Positions 18,279-26,594 of a stretch of DNA of 35,733 nucleotides are shown in pieces (the first letter of the stretch is position 1; each line of letters starts with the position of its first letter). The notes under the pieces were generated by a model. The model saw only the letters and a list, made by a program, of their open reading frames with translations. It was not told the origin of the DNA and ran no database searches. A program made the translations under genes and the position numbers. The DNA comes from Campylobacteraceae bacterium (GTDB taxonomy: Bacteria > Campylobacterota > Campylobacteria > Campylobacterales > UBA6016): positions 1 to 35,733 of the forward strand of contig JAEMQC010000007.1 in the NCBI GenBank assembly GCA_022758985.1. The letters run 5' to 3'.

Positions 18279-18996
18279 TTTCCTCTTTTGGGGCAGGATT
18301 TATCATTTTTACCAGAAGTATCGCTACGCCGTACAAGATTATCATAGGGGTGGCCATCATAAGTTGACTCATAACGTCAGGCGGAGTAAGTATTGCCGCA
18401 ACCACAAAGATGATAACTATGGCGTACCTAAAAGAAGATTTCATCTGTTTATCGTCAACAAGTCCAAAAAAGGCCAAAAGCGCCGCAATGACTGGCAGCT
18501 CAAAAGATATTCCAAAGCCAAACATCAGCTTCAAAAAGAAGCTAAGATACTCTGCGATACTTATCATTGCGGTAGTCTGCCCACCTCCGAAATTGACTAG
18601 AAATTTGAAGCCGACCGGGAATACGAAGTAATACGCAAATAGGGCGCCGGCTATAAACATTCCAGTTGCGCCAATTACAAAAGGCAGAATATATCTTTTT
18701 TCATGCTCATAAAGTCCAGGAGCCAAAAATGCCCAAATCTGATAAAAGATAACAGGCAGCGAGATGACGAGAGAGGCAAAAAAAGAGACGCTAACCGCCG
18801 TAAAAAACTGTTCGCCCATCTTAACGGCTACGACTTGTCCGCTATTTGGGATAGCTTCTTTTAGCGGCATCGTAACCCATGCCATAATAGGTTCCCAAAC
18901 GGCAAAACATGCAAAAAATGCGACACCGAGCACTATTACGCATTTTATGAGCCTATCTCTAAGCTCCGCTATATGTGGCTTTAAATCCTCGAGCAT
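18265..18996 (-). CDS. tatC: Twin-arginine translocase subunit TatC
   Basis: 243 aa, 6 TM. HI.ELR.RLI, W.F..PGLY..EK and PPD..SQ motifs. Immediately downstream of tatB. Confidence 0.95.
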   Translation of the reverse strand: MLEDLKPHIAELRDRLIKCVIVLGVAFFACFAVWEPIMAWVTMPLKEAIPNSGQVVAVKMGEQFFTAVSVSFFASLVISLPVIFYQIWAFLAPGLYEHEKRYILPFVIGATGMFIAGALFAYYFVFPVGFKFLVNFGGGQTTAMISIAEYLSFFLKLMFGFGISFELPVIAALLAFFGLVDDKQMKSSFRYAIVIIFVVAAILTPPDVMSQLMMATPMIILYGVAILLVKMINPAPKEENEPA

Positions 18997-18997
18997 C

Positions 18998-19393
18998 TTA
19001 CTTTACTTCCTCTTTGTTTGCATTTTGAGAGATTTGCGGCGTAGTATCTAGCGGGGATTCTATCTCTTTTTTAATGCCGTCTTCTATCTCTTTAAACTCT
19101 TTGGTTATGTCGCCGAACATATCGCTTACTTCTTTATTGTTATACATACTGGAAGGGTTGTTTAGATTTTCTGTCAGCTTCTCTAATTTTTCTTTATATT
19201 CGGTAGCTGTATTTTTTAGTTCGTGTAGATCTATCTCTTTTTGTATGGTATCCTTGGCCTCTTGTACCGTAGATTTGAAGCTTTTGAAGAACTTTACTAC
19301 CTGTATTATCACATCTGGTAGCTTTTCCGGACCTAGAAAAATTATTGCAACTATCATTATGACTATGAATGAGCCGAGATCTATTCCAAACAT
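18998..19393 (-). CDS. tatB: Twin-arginine translocase subunit TatB (TatA/B family)
   Basis: 131 aa. N-terminal MFGIDLGSFIVIMIVAIIFLGPEKLP TM plus amphipathic helix, and an acidic/lysine-rich tail. Adjacent to tatC. Confidence 0.85.
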   Translation of the reverse strand: MFGIDLGSFIVIMIVAIIFLGPEKLPDVIIQVVKFFKSFKSTVQEAKDTIQKEIDLHELKNTATEYKEKLEKLTENLNNPSSMYNNKEVSDMFGDITKEFKEIEDGIKKEIESPLDTTPQISQNANKEEVK

Positions 19394-19519
19394 ATTTTCC
19401 GCTTATTTTGTAGAGTACGAAAATTTTACTCAAACCTCTATAAAAACTGCTTGAAGTTGGATTGTTTTTGGGAATTAAAGTTGCTTTATAAAAACTAATC
19501 AAAACAATAAGGAGAGCGG

Positions 19520-19774
19520 ATGAGAATGTTGGAAGTGGAACAAAACTGCCTGGAGTGTTCACATCTAAAGTTTAACGGCATAGTTAAGATGCCTAGCGAA
19601 GACGGTTATGACTGCGTAAAGTGCAGCAAAAGAGTGGTTGATTTTTATCTTATCAGAAATAGATCTGCTGAGTCGGTGATGAAAAAGCTTTATCCGCCGT
19701 ACGGAATACCTGATTTTTGTCCGATTTCAAAAGATTTTGAGATTGAGATGAAAGAAGAGATGGATTTTGTATAA
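19520..19774 (+). CDS. Hypothetical small protein with a 4-Cys (CxxC...CxxC) zinc-ribbon-like N-terminus
   Basis: 84 aa. CLEC at residues 10-13 and CVKC at 32-35. AGGAG 5 nt upstream of the ATG. Own stem-loop terminator directly downstream. Confidence 0.6.
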   Translation: MRMLEVEQNCLECSHLKFNGIVKMPSEDGYDCVKCSKRVVDFYLIRNRSAESVMKKLYPPYGIPDFCPISKDFEIEMKEEMDFV

Positions 19775-19778
19775 GAAG

Positions 19779-19798
19779 TCCCCGCTTTTGGGCGGGGA
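19779..19798. terminator. Bidirectional stem-loop terminator between convergent genes (TCCCCGC-ttttgg-GCGGGGA)
   Basis: Perfect GC-rich 7-bp stem read directly. Located 5 nt after the stop at 19774 and 7 nt from the stop of the cytochrome gene at 19805. Confidence 0.7.
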
Positions 19799-19804
19799 GG
19801 GAAA

Positions 19805-20104
19805 TTATTTAAGAGTTGCGATGTAAGAAGCTACAGCTTTCATATCAGCATCAGAAAGTTTTGCAGCGTTACCTTTCATAGCAGCGCCCATACCGTGTTT
19901 GTTAAGAGTACCAGCTTTGTAAGCAGCAAGATCTTTTTCTACGCTAGCAGCAGCCATGCCAGCTATTGGGTTAGATTTACCAAGAGCTTTCATTTTACCG
20001 TCAGCGCCGTGGCAAGATTTGCATTGACCTTCGAATATAGCTTTACCGTCTGCAGCTAGAAGAGCACAGCCAGCGAAAGCAAGAGTAAGAAGAACTTTTT
20101 TCAT
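19805..20104 (-). CDS. Periplasmic monohaem class I cytochrome c (c553-type)
   Basis: Signal peptide MKKVLLTLAFAGCALLAA, haem motif CKSCHG, and a distal Met region. AAGGA RBS before the ATG at 20104; the ORF-track start at 20140 adds 12 residues with no RBS. Confidence 0.9.
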   Translation of the reverse strand: MKKVLLTLAFAGCALLAADGKAIFEGQCKSCHGADGKMKALGKSNPIAGMAAASVEKDLAAYKAGTLNKHGMGAAMKGNAAKLSDADMKAVASYIATLK

Positions 20105-20270
20105 CGTGTATCCTTTTTTAAGATTTTTTACATGGAGCATTTTACATGCCCAAGTGTGAAATGTGTGTGGAAGAAAATTATACTTTTTATAACTTTTAAA
20201 AACCCTTTTTATTTAGTGTAGCTTCGTTAAACTTACCAAAAGTAACATATAAAAAAACAAAGGGTGTAAA

Positions 20271-21506
20271 GTGCAAGAGTATTTGAGTAGAGCAAAGGCG
20301 GCATGCGCCAATTTGTCTCAGACTTCCGGAAGGCTTAGAAACGAGGTTTTAAGAGAGATGGCAAGAGCCCTTAGAACCGAGAGAATATCTATTATGGAGG
20401 CCAATAAAAAAGATTTGGAGTACGCAAAGGCAAACAATCTATCCGCCGCCATGGTTGACAGATTGATGCTAGATGAGAAGCGCATCAACGGTATGGCTGA
20501 ATCCATAGAGACTATAGCTTCATTAATAGACCCACTCGGCAGGACGCTTGACGGCTGGACTTTGCCAAACGGTCTTATGGTGCAAAAAGTAAGCATTCCT
20601 ATAGGCGTAATTGGCGTCATATACGAATCAAGGCCAAATGTTACCTCCGATACTGCAGCGCTTTGCTTTAAAAGCGGGAACGTGGTGGTACTAAAAGGCG
20701 GCAAAGAGGCGATAAATTCAAATTTTACCATTGCAGACGTATTAAGAGGAGTGCTTGATAAATTCGGACTTCCTAAAGAGATAATATCGATGCTTCCGGA
20801 TGCGAGCAGGGAAGGGGTGATGCAGCTTGTGAAGATGGACAGATATGTCGACCTCATCATTCCGCGCGGCGGAGAATCTCTTATTCGTGCCGTATGCGAC
20901 AATGCGACGGTTCCGGTTGTAAAGCATGACAAAGGCGTGTGTCATATATATGTGGACAAATACGCAAATATAGATAATGCGCTAAAGATCGCTATCAACG
21001 CAAAAGTTCAAAGACCCGGCGTTTGCAATTCGATGGAGACTTTACTCGTAGACGAATCTATAGCGGCTAGCGCACTGCCTCTCTTTAAGGCCGAATTCGA
21101 CAAATTTTCTACTAAGCTAAAAGGGTGCGCAAAAACACAAGAGATTATAAACGTCGCCGAAGCATCAGAGGATGATTTTTATTTAGAGTACGGCGATAAT
21201 ATACTAAACATCAAAGTCGTAGACGGTGTAAAAGAGGCTGTAGCCCATATAACAAAATATGGCTCAGGACATAGTGATGCAATAATATCGGATAGCTATC
21301 AAAATACAGAGTTTTTCCTAAACGCCGTCGACTCTGCATGCGTATACGTGAATGCGTCTACAAGGTTTACTGATGGCGGCGAATTTGGCTTTGGCGCAGA
21401 GGTAGGCATATCGACGAATAAGCTGCACTCCAGGGGGCCTATGGGCGTAAACGACTTAACGACGTATAAATATAAAGTATTCGGAAGCGGCCAAATTAGA
21501 GAATGA
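20271..21506 (+). CDS. proA: Gamma-glutamyl phosphate reductase
   Basis: 411 aa. IGVIYESRPNVT.D, L.GG.EA..SN, NAK.QRPGVCN..E.LLV and GSGHSDAI aldehyde-dehydrogenase-type motifs. GTG start. Confidence 0.95.
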   Translation: MQEYLSRAKAACANLSQTSGRLRNEVLREMARALRTERISIMEANKKDLEYAKANNLSAAMVDRLMLDEKRINGMAESIETIASLIDPLGRTLDGWTLPNGLMVQKVSIPIGVIGVIYESRPNVTSDTAALCFKSGNVVVLKGGKEAINSNFTIADVLRGVLDKFGLPKEIISMLPDASREGVMQLVKMDRYVDLIIPRGGESLIRAVCDNATVPVVKHDKGVCHIYVDKYANIDNALKIAINAKVQRPGVCNSMETLLVDESIAASALPLFKAEFDKFSTKLKGCAKTQEIINVAEASEDDFYLEYGDNILNIKVVDGVKEAVAHITKYGSGHSDAIISDSYQNTEFFLNAVDSACVYVNASTRFTDGGEFGFGAEVGISTNKLHSRGPMGVNDLTTYKYKVFGSGQIRE

Positions 21507-22075
21507 TGGAGAGCGTTCTTCGGATAAAAGGGCTTCAGTTTGGATATTCTAAACAGGAGCTTTTGTTTGACAATTTTGATTTGGAGCTTAAAAAGGGCGA
21601 GATAGTTTCTATAGTCGGTCCTAGCGGGAAAGGCAAAAGTACGCTTTTTGATTTAATAGCCGGCTTTAAAAAACCTTTTTTGGGCAAGATAGAGTCAAAA
21701 AAGATATCTTTCGTATTCCAAGACCCTTACAGCTCATTTCACAACAGCTATTCGATAGAAAACCAGATTTTGGATGTTGCCGATAATCTGGACTACTATA
21801 CGCTTGAAAATACGCTAAAACTTGAGCGCAAGGTATTGCAAAAAAAACCGTATGAACTAAGCGGTGGACAGCTTCAGAGATGCTCTATCTTTAGGGCGCT
21901 AATGATGAAACCGGATCTTATTTTGGCGGATGAGCCGACTTCCGCTCTTGATAATATAATTCAGTTGGAAGTCATGAAAACGCTTGTAGAGGGCGTCAAA
22001 GAATCGGCTCTGCTTTTGATTACGCATGACCTATCTTTGGCAAAGTGGTGTTCGGATAGGATAGTTAGGCTTTAG
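21503..22075 (+). CDS. ABC transporter ATP-binding protein (compact, Dpp/Opp/Nik-like), no adjacent permease
   Basis: 190 aa. Walker A GPSGKGKST, VFQDPYSSF, signature LSGGQLQR, Walker B LILADEPTSALD and H-loop ITHD. The start overlaps the proA stop (ATGATG). Confidence 0.85.
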   Translation: MMESVLRIKGLQFGYSKQELLFDNFDLELKKGEIVSIVGPSGKGKSTLFDLIAGFKKPFLGKIESKKISFVFQDPYSSFHNSYSIENQILDVADNLDYYTLENTLKLERKVLQKKPYELSGGQLQRCSIFRALMMKPDLILADEPTSALDNIIQLEVMKTLVEGVKESALLLITHDLSLAKWCSDRIVRL

Positions 22076-22769
22076 GGGGATTTGCCCTCGCATCATCAAG
22101 CGTTTTTTGCATATCTTCTCTGGCTTTTGCTAGCCACTCTTTGCCTTGTGGCATAAACGAATCCATGTAGATAATCTGCAGAGTTCCACCCTTGGAGGCG
22201 CCCCCGCCTTCTTTTGAAGAGTATTTTGTATCCAAAAGCTTTGCCGAATCCACAAGTACTACCGGTTGGACTCTAAGATTTAGCTTCTCCGCTATCATTT
22301 TTGCGCCAGCCTTAAACTCCAAAAGTTCCCTCTCTTTACCCCTAGTTCCCTCAGGGAAAATAACGATTGGTCTGCCTTGCTCGATAGCATTTTTGGAGTC
22401 TTTTAATAGTTTTACCAGCCCTTGTTTGTTTTCTCTGTCTACCGCTATCATCTTGCATGATTTGAATAGGTGCCCAAAAAGCGGAATATTGAAAAGCTCC
22501 TCCTTTGCTACCCAGCAGAGATTTTTTTTAGTTATAGCTTCCATAGCAACTATATCTAGTACGCTCTGGTGATTTAGTATATATAGCCCTGCATTATCGT
22601 CTATCTCGCCCACTATCTTAGGTCTGACCATAAATATTTTAAGAAGTATTTTAGAGAGAATAGTCCTTGGCCCTTTGTTTTTTTTGCCTGCCAGATATAA
22701 AAATGGAATAAATAGAGCTATAAAAAACCCGGCTAAGATACTCTTCAGATAAAGCCTAATTACCGACAA
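22065..22769 (-). CDS. plsC: 1-acyl-sn-glycerol-3-phosphate acyltransferase
   Basis: 234 aa. N-terminal TM, HX4D motif NHQSVLD, and FPEGTR motif. Confidence 0.9.
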   Translation of the reverse strand: MSVIRLYLKSILAGFFIALFIPFLYLAGKKNKGPRTILSKILLKIFMVRPKIVGEIDDNAGLYILNHQSVLDIVAMEAITKKNLCWVAKEELFNIPLFGHLFKSCKMIAVDRENKQGLVKLLKDSKNAIEQGRPIVIFPEGTRGKERELLEFKAGAKMIAEKLNLRVQPVVLVDSAKLLDTKYSSKEGGGASKGGTLQIIYMDSFMPQGKEWLAKAREDMQKTLDDARANPPKA

Positions 22770-23862
22770 TCGCCTCTCCTTTTACCCAACCAATCTTTCC
22801 ATCTTGGAGTTTGATTTTTACGTAGCCTTCGCTTGTTTTTAGTTTTTCTACTGGCATATCGGTTGTAGCCTGGAAGAAGGCCGTCGAATTCTCGGTAGGC
22901 AGTAGATATACAATAGTGTCTTTTTTTATTTTAACCTGTTCGTTAGGTATGAATAAGAATACGACTCCGGCGATTATGGTGGCTAGGATGAGTATTAAAA
23001 ATATTTTTTCACGCTTAAAATAGTATATGCCGTATAAAATGGAAGCTATGACAGCCACCGTCAAAAATACGTATAGCGTCTTGTCTGAGCTTTTTGGCTG
23101 CAGATCAGTTTGCGTACTGACCTTATCTTCTATTTTTGAAAGATCTAGTGTTATGGATACAGTTTGCATAGAATTTTTTTCTTTGTCAAAATATTCAAAT
23201 TCTAAGTTTTTTTGGTTTGCCGGAATGATTAGATAGTAGAACATTTTACCGCTAACAAAGCCGTTTTTCAAAGAGTTTACCCCTTGCATTCCTATGTTTT
23301 GAAGCTTAAAGTCTTCCAAGTTTGCATATTTGGCGGATATATCAAGCGCCAAAATATTGTTTTGTGCGTCATATCTGTCTATTTTGTAGTTGTTTACCGA
23401 TAATGATGAAGCTATTACTCCGCAAAATTTCCCAGTAGGCTCTATCGATGATGCGTTTATTGTCTGACCTTGCATCGATACGCTCTCTTTGTCGGCTCCA
23501 TTAACTGAATATACGGTTTGTATATCGGGTAGTCTGACTGCCTGGTCTAAAACTTTAAAATACAAAGAGAGGGCAAAAGAGCCATCAGACTCCAATTTCC
23601 ATTTGTAGTTTGAGTTTAGTAGTTTTATTCCGCTTTGATTTGCCAAAGTTGTCTTTAATAGACCAGGTTCATTTGATGCGACGAGCGCTTTTAGTTTTAT
23701 TTCAAAAACCTCGTTTTTAAATAGTACGGACGGTGTTTTGTCGTAAGATATAAATAGCGCTTGTTCCGACGGCTGTTTTTGGGAGCTGTCGTTTGTATCT
23801 GTGGCCGTCAAAACCGAGCTAAAGGTAAAAAATAAAAAAACAACTATTCTCAATACCTTCAA
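22756..23862 (-). CDS. Hypothetical envelope protein: signal peptide, about 250-aa beta-rich periplasmic domain, TM hairpin, C-terminal SH3b-like domain
   Basis: 368 aa. MKVLRIVVFLFFTFSSVLTA; two adjacent TM helices (LYVFLTVAVIASILYGIYYF, IFLILILATIIAGVVFLFI); C-terminal EGYVKIKLQDGKIGWVKGEAIV. Overlaps both neighbours (4 and 14 nt). Confidence 0.7.
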   Translation of the reverse strand: MKVLRIVVFLFFTFSSVLTATDTNDSSQKQPSEQALFISYDKTPSVLFKNEVFEIKLKALVASNEPGLLKTTLANQSGIKLLNSNYKWKLESDGSFALSLYFKVLDQAVRLPDIQTVYSVNGADKESVSMQGQTINASSIEPTGKFCGVIASSLSVNNYKIDRYDAQNNILALDISAKYANLEDFKLQNIGMQGVNSLKNGFVSGKMFYYLIIPANQKNLEFEYFDKEKNSMQTVSITLDLSKIEDKVSTQTDLQPKSSDKTLYVFLTVAVIASILYGIYYFKREKIFLILILATIIAGVVFLFIPNEQVKIKKDTIVYLLPTENSTAFFQATTDMPVEKLKTSEGYVKIKLQDGKIGWVKGEAIVGN

Positions 23863-24956
23863 TATCTATTCCTTGCTACTTTGGTGTTAATATTTGATTC
23901 TAAAAACAAACGCCTTGCCTCGTTTGCAAAGTTAAAAAAATTAATATCTTCTAGCCTCTCTCTGTGGCTGGTATACAGGGTGGCCGGATTAATATATGTG
24001 CCGTCTTTTTTTACGCCAAAATGCAGATGCGGACCTGTTGCTAATCCACTAGAGCCGACAAGTCCGATAATCTCTCTTTTTGAAACCAAAGAACCAGGCT
24101 TTAAATTGGCTTTTATCTTCGAGAGATGTCCGTATATTGTCTCGATCCCATTATTGTGGGCTATTTTAACATAATTTCCGATATTTGGATTATATCCGAC
24201 GTCCGTTACCCTGCCGTCAAGTACACTATGTACGCTTGCCCCGTATTTTGCCGCCAAATCTATCCCTAGATGTGCTCTAAAATATTTCAATATCGGATGA
24301 AGTCTGCTACTTGAATAAAATTCAGAGATTCTATCGAAGTCGACCGGTATAACAGCGTTCGTATCGCCAAGCAAAACGCCGTTTTTGTCATACAACTCGC
24401 CGTTATACTCAAACGCAAACATAAAAAGCCCTTCCATTTCGCCAAGCAAAGCTACAGTTTTTGCCGGAAATACGATGTTGCCAAAGACTCTTTCTCGTTT
24501 GAGGGCGGATATCGTGAGCGGCCTTTTGCCTATGTGTTTGAGCATTGACTCTGAAAGCTGAGCCGCAAATTTTCCATCTGTCTCGTTTGCCTGCACGGTT
24601 TGAGTATCAAAGCGAACAACTGTGTATCTGTCTATAAACTTTGCATTAAGAGGCATCAATCTTATTTTGGATATGCCGTTTTGCGTTAAGACCAGGAGCT
24701 TTGTATTGCGATTGTCGGCATGTAGTATATATGCCTCTAGGCTATTTTGCTCTTTTTTTGCAACTATTATCTGTGCCGGTGTTTTGTTGGTTTCTAATAT
24801 TTTATCCGCTAGCGTCTGCGTAAGTCCGAATTTTTTTGTGAATAGGTAGAGTTGTTTTTGGGTCGTCGCATCGTATATTTCAATCTGCGCCGATAATGAC
24901 GATACGAGCAGTATCGCAAATATCGACACGGATTTTATAATGTTAGATGGATGCAA
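23859..24956 (-). CDS. M23/LytM family metallopeptidase (peptidoglycan endopeptidase, Csd3/HdpA-like architecture)
   Basis: 365 aa. Signal/anchor SVSIFAILLVSSLSA, and LytM motifs HLGIDLAA (HxxxD) and GPHLHFGV (HxH). Confidence 0.88.
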   Translation of the reverse strand: MHPSNIIKSVSIFAILLVSSLSAQIEIYDATTQKQLYLFTKKFGLTQTLADKILETNKTPAQIIVAKKEQNSLEAYILHADNRNTKLLVLTQNGISKIRLMPLNAKFIDRYTVVRFDTQTVQANETDGKFAAQLSESMLKHIGKRPLTISALKRERVFGNIVFPAKTVALLGEMEGLFMFAFEYNGELYDKNGVLLGDTNAVIPVDFDRISEFYSSSRLHPILKYFRAHLGIDLAAKYGASVHSVLDGRVTDVGYNPNIGNYVKIAHNNGIETIYGHLSKIKANLKPGSLVSKREIIGLVGSSGLATGPHLHFGVKKDGTYINPATLYTSHRERLEDINFFNFANEARRLFLESNINTKVARNRY

Positions 24957-25620
24957 GAAAGCCTTTTATTAGTTTGTTGCCGTCTTCGCTTCCAAGAGCG
25001 TTTTCGCATGCCCTCTCAGGGTGCGGCATAAGCCCGAAAACATTTTTGGTTTCGTTGCATATTCCGGCTATGCAGTCTACGGAACCGTTTAGGTTTAGCT
25101 CATTTTTGTTTTCGTCGGCATATTTTAGAAGAACTTGCCCTTTATCGTACATCTTTTTGAGTGATTCCGGGTCGATATTGTAGTTGCCGTCGGCGTGAGC
25201 AACCGGCATATTTAGCAGCTCGCCGTTTTTTGTAAGGGATAAAAACGAGTTATCGTTTGAAACTACTTTCAAGTTGACGAATTTGCTGATAAAGTGGAGA
25301 TTTTCATTTCTTTTCATTGCTCCTGGAAGCAATCCGGCCTCTAGGAGTATTTGAAAGCCGTTACATATTCCTAGTACTTTTCCGCCTTTTTGCGCAAATC
25401 TAGCAACCTCTTGCATAATCGGGGAAAATCTAGCTATAGCGCCGCTTCTAAGGTAATCTCCGTAGCTAAAGCCGCCCGGTACTATAACGGCCTCGGTACT
25501 GCTCGGCAACATACTCTCTTTGTGCCATACTACCTCGGCTTTATATCCCAGTCTTTCGACTGCGTATTTCGTATCCTGCTCACAGTTCGTACCAGGAAAA
25601 AATAGTACGGCTATGCTCAT
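24943..25620 (-). CDS. purQ: Phosphoribosylformylglycinamidine synthase, glutaminase subunit
   Basis: 225 aa. FPGTNC, GGFSYGDYLR, nucleophile GICNGFQ, and C-terminal MPHPER. Confidence 0.96.
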   Translation of the reverse strand: MSIAVLFFPGTNCEQDTKYAVERLGYKAEVVWHKESMLPSSTEAVIVPGGFSYGDYLRSGAIARFSPIMQEVARFAQKGGKVLGICNGFQILLEAGLLPGAMKRNENLHFISKFVNLKVVSNDNSFLSLTKNGELLNMPVAHADGNYNIDPESLKKMYDKGQVLLKYADENKNELNLNGSVDCIAGICNETKNVFGLMPHPERACENALGSEDGNKLIKGFLASI

Positions 25621-25865
25621 TTTACAAGCTCAAAGGTGTAGTTTTCGATAACCGTATTTGCAAGTAGCGTCTCACACATTTTTTCAACTTCCGCTCTTGC
25701 TTTTGCTTCGTCGCTACTATTTAGGTCTAATACGATTTGCTTCCCCATTCTGACGTTGCTTACGTCGCTAAAGCCCATCGTTGATAGTGCGTGATGTACG
25801 GCTTTACCTTGAGGGTCTAGTACGCCTTCTTTCAAAAATATATTTACTATGGCTTTCAAATTCAT
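25617..25865 (-). CDS. purS: Phosphoribosylformylglycinamidine synthase subunit PurS
   Basis: 82 aa. K.GVLDPQGKAV..AL..MGF family pattern. Sits between purC and purQ. Confidence 0.92.
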   Translation of the reverse strand: MNLKAIVNIFLKEGVLDPQGKAVHHALSTMGFSDVSNVRMGKQIVLDLNSSDEAKARAEVEKMCETLLANTVIENYTFELVK

Positions 25866-25874
25866 ATCCTTCGG

Positions 25875-26585
25875 TTAATTTAGTATTTTTTCTAGTACTT
25901 TTTCGTATCCGGCGCACACTGAGCCAAGATCTTGCCTAAATCTGTCTTTATCTAGTTTTTCAAGAGTTTCCTTATCCCAAAATCTACAGCTATCAGGGCT
26001 TATTTCGTCTGCAAGCAGTATCTCACCGTTTGCATCTTTGCCAAACTCCAGTTTGAAGTCAACAAGTATAAGACCTTTGTCGTCAAAGAATTTGAATAGA
26101 ACATCGTTTACTTTTCTAGCCATTGTTTTTAGAACTTCAAGATCTTCTTTTTTGTCCACAAGCTTCATTAGCATGGCGTGTTCGTCATTAATGATAGGGT
26201 CGCCGAGAGAGTCGTTTTTGTAGTAGAACTCGACTAGCGTAAAGTCTAGTTTTTTGCCGTCTTCGATACCTAATCTTTTTGTAAGGCTTCCCGTGGCTAT
26301 GTTTCTCGTTACGACTTCAATAGGTATTATGTTTACTTTTTTGATTGCCATTTCGTTGTCGGAAAGTACTTTTACCATGTGGGTTTTGATGCCGTTTTTC
26401 TCTAGCAAATCAAAAAGTTCTTTTGAAATTTTGCAGTTAAGGGCACCTTTGCCGGCCTCGCTCCCTTTTTTTAGCGCATTAAAAGCCGTCAAATCATCTT
26501 TAAACTCTGCTATAAAAATATTGGCATCATCTGTTTTGAATATCTTTTTGCCTTTACCTTCGTATAAAAGTTCAGTTTTGTTCAT
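25875..26585 (-). CDS. purC: Phosphoribosylaminoimidazole-succinocarboxamide (SAICAR) synthase
   Basis: 236 aa. [49 protein letters not shown]. Confidence 0.96.
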   Translation of the reverse strand: MNKTELLYEGKGKKIFKTDDANIFIAEFKDDLTAFNALKKGSEAGKGALNCKISKELFDLLEKNGIKTHMVKVLSDNEMAIKKVNIIPIEVVTRNIATGSLTKRLGIEDGKKLDFTLVEFYYKNDSLGDPIINDEHAMLMKLVDKKEDLEVLKTMARKVNDVLFKFFDDKGLILVDFKLEFGKDANGEILLADEISPDSCRFWDKETLEKLDKDRFRQDLGSVCAGYEKVLEKILN

Positions 26586-26594
26586 CTTCTCCCC

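Noticed and set aside
19439-19496. 10-nt direct repeat TATAAAAACT (19439-19448 and 19487-19496) with nearby AAGTTG repeats in the tatB / Cys-rich ORF intergenic region
   Set aside because: The repeat is short, AT-rich and sits in a divergent promoter region. It probably reflects two -10-like elements rather than a structured repeat, and there are no further copies in the window.
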